From Myxococcota bacterium (GTDB lineage Bacteria > Myxococcota_A > UBA796 > UBA2385), in contig JBIJDH010000002.1 in NCBI GenBank assembly GCA_044344255.1, positions 512,001-576,000 on the forward strand: a stretch of DNA of 64,000 nt, read 5' to 3'. The notes under the pieces were generated by a model that saw only the letters and a list, made by a program, of their open reading frames with translations, was not told the origin of the DNA and did no database searches. The translations under genes were made by a program, and so were the position numbers. Below, one piece after another: positions 58,739-64,000 of this stretch. Numbering within the stretch: the stretch's first letter is position 1; every line of letters starts with the position of its first letter.

Positions 58739-58940
58739 TGTGACAGCACTTGGAACCTCCCGTGGGAGTTGGTGAGCCGCGTCCAGCCTGACGATCGCAG
58801 AACAAAAGTTTTGCGAACCAACCGGGGGCTGGGGTGTCGATTGGCCTACGTCAGGGGATTACCGGTGAGAAGCATCGTCCGCGCTGGGTGGCCGTGGATT
58901 CTCCCACGCCGCGTTCGCCTGGGGCAGAGGTAAGGGGCAG

Positions 58941-60293
58941 ATGGCCGAGCACAACAAGCAAGCTCCGCAAGCACAACAGGCGGCCCAAGGCCCGCAGGTG
59001 AAGGTGCTTCGCATCGGAATCGTGCAAGGCGGGAAGGTCGTGCACGAGCGGGTGGTCAAGTCGGGCCAGAACGTCACCATTGGTGAGTCGCCCAAGAACA
59101 CCTTCGCATTTCCGGCCAAGGAGCTGCCTAGCAAGCAATTTACGCTCTTTCAGGCGAAGGGTGAGGACTATGTCCTCCACTTCACCGAGAAGATGACCGG
59201 CAAGATCGCCCAGGCCGCCGGTGCCAAGAACGTTGAAGACCTCGTTGCGGCAGCCAAGGCGGGCGGCTCCTTTTCCCTGCCGTTGGATCAGAAGGATCGC
59301 GGCAAGATCACGGTGGAAGATGTCACCGTGTTGTTCCAGTTCGTCGCTGCGCCGCCGGAGTCCGCTCGGGTGGTCGCGTCAACGTCCGACTTCCGGCCGA
59401 AGCTGCTCGAGAGCGACGATCTCATCTTCATGAGCTTCCTGGGGCTCTTCACAGCGCTCGCCTCGGTGTTGATGATCTACGTCGTCAACGCCGAGGTCCG
59501 AGAGTTGACCCTGGACGACGTGGATGATCGGATCGTGGAGATCCTCTTGCCGACCGTGGTGGATGAGGTCGAAGACGAGGTCGCCGAGGCCGCCGAGGCG
59601 ACCCCGAAGGCGCCCGAGACCAAGGCGACCTCCAACGAGAACACGCAGGCCAAGAACCAGACCACTCAGCCTAAGACCGAACAGCAGCAGCGGCAGGATG
59701 TGGTGGAGTCGTCCGCGCTCCTCACCGCCATCATCGGTACCCACGGCGAGGGGCAAGGTGAGACCGAGGCCGATCCGTTCGCAGACAGCGACGCAAACCT
59801 CGACGCCCTGCAGCAGAACCTCAGCAATGTCAACGCGACGGCCGACGCCAATTCCACCACGATGGGGATCCGATCCGGGCAAGACGCCAACCGAGGGGGC
59901 GCTACCCTCAGCGGTGTCGGCAGCGGCACCGTCGGCGAAGCGACCACGACTCAAGTGAAGCAGGTCGTCCCGAAGGGGCGTGCGAGCGTAGGTGGAGTCG
60001 AGGGCGCTTCCGCGGAGGGCTCAGACGCCGTGAGCTCCGCCCTGAAGAAGTACGCTCCCCAGATCAAGTCCTGCTACGACGAGCGGCTGGGCGCCAACCC
60101 GAACCTCTCCGGGCGCATCGCCGTCGGAGTCGACATCAGCGCAGGTCGGGTGACCACCGCCCGGATTGAGGAGAACACGACGGGTGACAAGGATCTCGAG
60201 ACCTGCGTGGTCAAGAAGGTTCGGGGCTGGAGATTCCCCACCGAGGTCACGGAGTCGGGCGTGTACTTCCCCTTCTCGCTGTCCACCGGCTGA
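58941..60293 (+). CDS. GltG/PglI-like energy transducer (FHA-like N-domain, single TM, TonB-C-like AgmX/PglI C-domain)
   Basis: N-terminal 'VLRIGIVQGGK...VTIGE', one TM, C-terminal 'IKSCYDERL..NPNLSGRI...LETCV...WRFP....YFPF'. Confidence 0.85.
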   Translation: MAEHNKQAPQAQQAAQGPQVKVLRIGIVQGGKVVHERVVKSGQNVTIGESPKNTFAFPAKELPSKQFTLFQAKGEDYVLHFTEKMTGKIAQAAGAKNVEDLVAAAKAGGSFSLPLDQKDRGKITVEDVTVLFQFVAAPPESARVVASTSDFRPKLLESDDLIFMSFLGLFTALASVLMIYVVNAEVRELTLDDVDDRIVEILLPTVVDEVEDEVAEAAEATPKAPETKATSNENTQAKNQTTQPKTEQQQRQDVVESSALLTAIIGTHGEGQGETEADPFADSDANLDALQQNLSNVNATADANSTTMGIRSGQDANRGGATLSGVGSGTVGEATTTQVKQVVPKGRASVGGVEGASAEGSDAVSSALKKYAPQIKSCYDERLGANPNLSGRIAVGVDISAGRVTTARIEENTTGDKDLETCVVKKVRGWRFPTEVTESGVYFPFSLSTG

Positions 60294-60317
60294 GATTCAG
60301 GAGAGTTCATGAGCTCG

Positions 60318-60349
60318 CAGGGCCCCGCGCGCGCGGGGCCCTGTTGTTT
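60318..60349 (+). terminator. Rho-independent terminator
   Basis: Perfect palindrome CAGGGCCCCGCGC/GCGCGGGGCCCTG followed by TTGTTT. Confidence 0.75.
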
Positions 60350-60529
60350 GGGCGCTGTTCATGCGCGTTTGGTCCGCCTGCGGACGCGTGCCGGCCGGCG
60401 GGTTATAACAAGTGAGTGTTGGCTGGTCCGGCTCGGCCAAGGCCGGCCGGCCTGGACAACAGCGGGATGAGGTTGACGGTTCACCTGAGATCGCCTATTC
60501 TCGACATATGTGACCTTCGGAGGCCCCCC

Positions 60530-61141
60530 ATGCGCAAGATGATGAACCCCTCGGACTTTGGATCGGCGGGCCGTGGGGGCGTATCGAGCCTTCGAGCCTC
60601 GTCCTTGGCCCTGCTGTTGGTGTTCGGTGGCGCGTGGGCCGGGAGTGTCGCCCACGCCGAGGACACCGCTGACTTCGGCAGTAGCTCGTCACTGACGGGG
60701 AGCAGCAGCCCCCGGCAGCAGATCGACTCCGCTCGTCAGCACCTCGACCAGATGCGGGATGACCTCAAGACGGTCACCAAGATCGGCGAAGAAGCTGACA
60801 AAGACGGAAACGTTGACCAGATTCAGTGCGTGAAGAAGGCCCTCGCCAACATCAAGGCCCTCGTAGGAGCGGCAGAGCGCTCGCAGACCACGATGAAGGA
60901 CGCCATCGATGAAGGCCAGCTTGACAAGGCGTCGGCTGCGTTCCGTCAGGTTGAAGTGGCCGCTGGCAAGGTTAAGAACTTCGTTCGCGACGCGAACGAG
61001 TGCACCGGCGCCCGAGGCACCACCGAGGGCAAGACCGAGTTGAGCGTCACCGGCGGGTCCCCGACGGATGATCCCGAGACGCCCTGGGATGATTTCTCCG
61101 AAGGCTTCTTCGAGCAGCCGCGACCGACCCGCTTCCGCTGA
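60530..61141 (+). CDS. Secreted helical-bundle protein with a Cys pair (start uncertain)
   Basis: Signal ending 'VAHA', amphipathic helices, 'IQCV' and 'ANECTG'. Confidence 0.7.
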   Translation: MRKMMNPSDFGSAGRGGVSSLRASSLALLLVFGGAWAGSVAHAEDTADFGSSSSLTGSSSPRQQIDSARQHLDQMRDDLKTVTKIGEEADKDGNVDQIQCVKKALANIKALVGAAERSQTTMKDAIDEGQLDKASAAFRQVEVAAGKVKNFVRDANECTGARGTTEGKTELSVTGGSPTDDPETPWDDFSEGFFEQPRPTRFR

Positions 61142-61230
61142 GGAGTCCCCGGACGGAATGTGCGCTTAGCCGCCCGATGTGATAGCGGTACCGTCGTTGG
61201 GATCAAGCCGTCTGGCAAGGACAGTTGCTA

Positions 61231-62532
61231 ATGTTTACCGAAAAAAAGTGCTGGTCTGCGCCCATGCTCGGTGCAACGATCGGACTCTTGGTACTCTCGG
61301 CGCCCGCTGCGGCCGGTCCGGGAGACCACATTCGGGCCGGAAACGCTGAGATAATCCCCTCCGTCACCTGGTTGGCCGGCTGGCGGTCCAACGTGTTCTT
61401 GGCGGCGGGTGATGCTTGTGCCACCGATGGTACCGTCCTGGAGCCCACCCACTCTGGGGCGGCTTTCGACCTGATTCCGGCCATCGGCATCACGAGTGGT
61501 CCGTCCGATAATCTGACTTACAAGCTCGACGCTAACTTCACTGCCCGCAAGTACCTCACGTCTGATCTGTCGAACATGGATCGGTACCAGGACTTCATGA
61601 TTGTTGGTTCGATGCAGGTAAGGCCGAACTCCCCCGTCGGCTTCGAGGCGAGGAACGAGCTACGCAATTTTGGTCGTGAGACAGACTTCGACACCGCGGA
61701 CAATCCTTACTTCGGTCGCTTTGAAGAGCGGCTCACCCTGTTCTCGAACATTCGCCCCGGGGGGGCGATCTCGTTCGATGCTGGCGGTCGCCTAGGCTAT
61801 ATCGCCTACAACCGTCCCCACCGTGACGAGACGACCGAGACTTTGGTGAACTCCCGCAGCAGCGTGGCGGGGCTGGTTGACTTTCGTTGGAAGTTCTTCC
61901 CAAAGACGGCGCTGGTCGCTGACTTGGAGTTCGAAAAGTTCAACTGGAAGTTCAACGAGGGCAACACCAGCGCGAGCGAGGTGAGCGCTTCGCCGAAGCC
62001 TGACGGTTGGCTCATGCGGGCCTCCACCGGTGTCCGAGGTCGGGTGACGGAGAAGCTCCAGATCCGCGCGACGCTCGGCTACGGCTTCGCCGGCTACGAG
62101 GGCGACGCTGTGGACATGTCGGGCTTCCCCGACAGCCTCCTCGTGGGCTCGGAGCTCGTCTTTGACCCGATCGAGGGGCAGTCGGTCTCCGTAGGCTACA
62201 CAAAGGATTTCCAGGACTCCGTATCTTCTTCGTTCAGTAACTACAACCTGTTCTTTGGTCGCTATCAGGGCAGGTTTTTTGACAAGCTAACCGCTGACCT
62301 CTCCGCCACCTACCGGCGGGATCAGTATGAGGGCGCGCTTGTCGCCACCGACGCTACCATTCGTCCGAAGGTGGAGGTCGGCTACGAGCTTACACCCTTC
62401 CTCGTGGCCGAGGTTGGAGTTGGCTGGGTGAGGCGTCTGAACGTAGAGAGCGCCACCGCCGCAGGTGGGCAGGACTGCTCCCGCGAGTTTGATGACGTCG
62501 AGGTCAACGGCGGTCTGGTCTTCACGTACTGA
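61231..62532 (+). CDS. Outer-membrane beta-barrel protein (start could be 61264)
   Basis: Signal peptide ending 'AAA', alternating amphipathic strands throughout, aromatic C-terminus 'GLVFTY'. Confidence 0.8.
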   Translation: MFTEKKCWSAPMLGATIGLLVLSAPAAAGPGDHIRAGNAEIIPSVTWLAGWRSNVFLAAGDACATDGTVLEPTHSGAAFDLIPAIGITSGPSDNLTYKLDANFTARKYLTSDLSNMDRYQDFMIVGSMQVRPNSPVGFEARNELRNFGRETDFDTADNPYFGRFEERLTLFSNIRPGGAISFDAGGRLGYIAYNRPHRDETTETLVNSRSSVAGLVDFRWKFFPKTALVADLEFEKFNWKFNEGNTSASEVSASPKPDGWLMRASTGVRGRVTEKLQIRATLGYGFAGYEGDAVDMSGFPDSLLVGSELVFDPIEGQSVSVGYTKDFQDSVSSSFSNYNLFFGRYQGRFFDKLTADLSATYRRDQYEGALVATDATIRPKVEVGYELTPFLVAEVGVGWVRRLNVESATAAGGQDCSREFDDVEVNGGLVFTY

Positions 62533-62665
62533 CCGGCTCAGCCTGATCGTTTGAGCCTCTCCGCGCAAGCGGTGGTGTCGCCGCGTCGGGCCCGCGGAGC
62601 AACATCGGGTGTTGGGCTGGCGCGAGTCCGACCGCGACGCATCTTCGTAGCGTCCCGGTCTTCGA

Positions 62666-63679
62666 TCAGGGTACGCGAGATCGCCTCCCATACCGTGGCG
62701 CCACGGCCCACGCGCAGGCTGTGCGCGTGATGTCGTCGATCGAGTCCCAGCGCGGCTCCCAGCCAAGCTCCCGCCGAGCCTTGTCAGCCGATGCGAAGAG
62801 CGCGGGGGGATCGCCCTCACGTGGAGGGGCGGAGATCGTCGGGACCGGGCGTCCCAGGACACGCTGAACGGAGTCGATGACCTGTCGGACGCTGGTCCCG
62901 ATGCCGGTGCCTACGTTGTACGCGGTGCCCACCTCTCCCTCGAGGAGTCGCGTGACCGCGAGCCGGTGGACCTCGGCGAGGTCCTGGACGTGGACGTAGT
63001 CGCGGATGCAGGTGCCGTCCGGCGTCGGGTACTTCTCGCCGAAGATCTGCAAGGGGCCTCGTTGGCCGAGGGCCGAGGCGATGGCCAAGGGGATGAGGTG
63101 AGTCTCCGGTTCGTGGGCCTCACCGAGCTGTCCGTCCGCGGTTGCTCCAGCGGCGTTGAAGTACCGGAGTGTGGTTACCCGAAGGCCCTCCTTCTCTCGG
63201 CAGGCGGCCAACATTCTCTCGACCATCGCCTTGCTCTCCCCGTAGGGGCTGACCGGGCGACTGGGGTGATCTTCCGTGAGGGGCGTCCGTTCTGGGTCTC
63301 CGTAGATCGCGCAGGTGGATGAGAACACCAGCGAGCGCACCCCCTCCGCGAGCATGGAATCCACGAGGGTGGCCGTGCCGCCTACGTTGACATCGAAGTA
63401 GCGGAGCGGGTGCTCCACGCTCTCCCCGACCAGCGATCGCGCGGCGAAGTGCAGGACCGCGTCAAAGCGACCGTGGCGGAGCACCTGACGGAGACTGGCG
63501 CGGTCTCGCACGTCACCGACGACAAGCTCGTCCTCCACCGCTGCGCGATGCCCGGTGCTCAGATCGTCGAAGGTGACGGTGTGGTGCCCCGCTTCGCGTA
63601 GGGCCCTCCCACAGACGCTCCCGATATAGCCGGCACCGCCCACCACGAGCACCCTCGCGCGCGCTGACCCGATCGCCAT
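62666..63679 (-). CDS. galE: UDP-glucose 4-epimerase
   Basis: 'GGAGYIGS', 'HFAA...VGES', 'YGESK', 'RYFNAAGA', 'DGTCIRDYVHV'. AAGGAGG RBS upstream. Confidence 0.95.
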   Translation of the reverse strand: MAIGSARARVLVVGGAGYIGSVCGRALREAGHHTVTFDDLSTGHRAAVEDELVVGDVRDRASLRQVLRHGRFDAVLHFAARSLVGESVEHPLRYFDVNVGGTATLVDSMLAEGVRSLVFSSTCAIYGDPERTPLTEDHPSRPVSPYGESKAMVERMLAACREKEGLRVTTLRYFNAAGATADGQLGEAHEPETHLIPLAIASALGQRGPLQIFGEKYPTPDGTCIRDYVHVQDLAEVHRLAVTRLLEGEVGTAYNVGTGIGTSVRQVIDSVQRVLGRPVPTISAPPREGDPPALFASADKARRELGWEPRWDSIDDITRTACAWAVAPRYGRRSRVP

Positions 63680-63765
63680 GGGACCTCCTTTCATGCTCAT
63701 GTAATACTTTAAGAAGGGGGATGACCCGTCAAGCCCAATCCGATACCTTGCCGATGTACTCCTGT

Positions 63766-63834
63766 CCGCATGGACCGCGGGCGCCGGTCCGGGTCCGCCG
63801 CATGGACTGCGGGCGCCGGTCCGCGCCCGCCGCA
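63766..63834. repeat. 32-bp imperfect tandem direct repeat (2 copies plus a partial third) in a divergent intergenic region
   Basis: CCGCATGGACCGCGGGCGCCGGTCCGGGTCCG / CCGCATGGACTGCGGGCGCCGGTCCGCGCCCG / CCGCA. Confidence 0.8.
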
Positions 63835-63847
63835 GTTGAGGTGCCAG

Positions 63848-64000
63848 GTGGCCCGCGCCGACTCTACCCCAGACATCGACGACGCTCCCCTGGAGGCAGC
63901 CCGCCCTTCGAAGGCCGCTGCGACGAGGGCGGCCGCAGCCAAGGCCTCGCGTCCGCGTGCCAGCCGCGTTTCGGCTCGAAAGGTCGCAGAGGATCGCCGG
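63848..64000 (+). CDS. N-terminus of an unidentified protein running off the window
   Basis: GAGG RBS then GTG. Frame open to the window end, Ala/Arg-rich. Confidence 0.4.
   Translation, partial: MARADSTPDIDDAPLEAARPSKAAATRAAAAKASRPRASRVSARKVAEDRR

Noticed and set aside
56917..60293. Ordinary Tol-Pal or TonB-ExbBD locus
   Set aside because: Two different ExbD-like genes, no tolB, pal or TonB-dependent receptor, and flanking Glt-like TPR genes.
63766..63834. CRISPR array
   Set aside because: Repeats are directly adjacent with no spacers, there are only two copies, and no cas genes are present.
42093..64000. Genomic island integrated at tRNA-Phe
   Set aside because: No integrase and no duplicated tRNA 3' end seen. 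Downstream genes (sppA, dacB, galE) look chromosomal.

Overview
64 kb of high-GC bacterial chromosome, densely coding. Gene content (Glt/Agl-type envelope genes, TIGR02266-type PilZ fusions, a MYXO-CTERM-like protein, many lipoproteins) suggests a myxobacteria-related deltaproteobacterium; this is an inference. In order: (1) the end of a DUF58/membrane-protein operon and a CotH protein; (2) a co-oriented block of class II photolyase, TIGR01777 protein, pentaheme cytochrome c lipoprotein and multicopper oxidase, behind a candidate CarH/LitR-type light operator; (3) an SDR and an M43 protease; (4) purC-purS-purQ-purL-purF; (5) an Hsp70-PilZ fusion and a PilZ-like/DUF4388/J-like protein flanking fabG-efp; (6) an alternative complex III operon actABCDEF; (7) rsmD, meaB and an ECHDC1-like crotonase; (8) tRNA-Phe with a structured leader and an overlapping lipoprotein ORF; (9) a sigma-54 regulator, barrel-fused SppA and dacB; (10) a ~14 kb Glt/Agl-like trans-envelope cluster with its own MotA/ExbD-type motor genes embedded; (11) galE. 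I saw no CRISPR array, rRNA, integrase or transposase. All calls are from reading sequence and motifs by eye; no database search was run.
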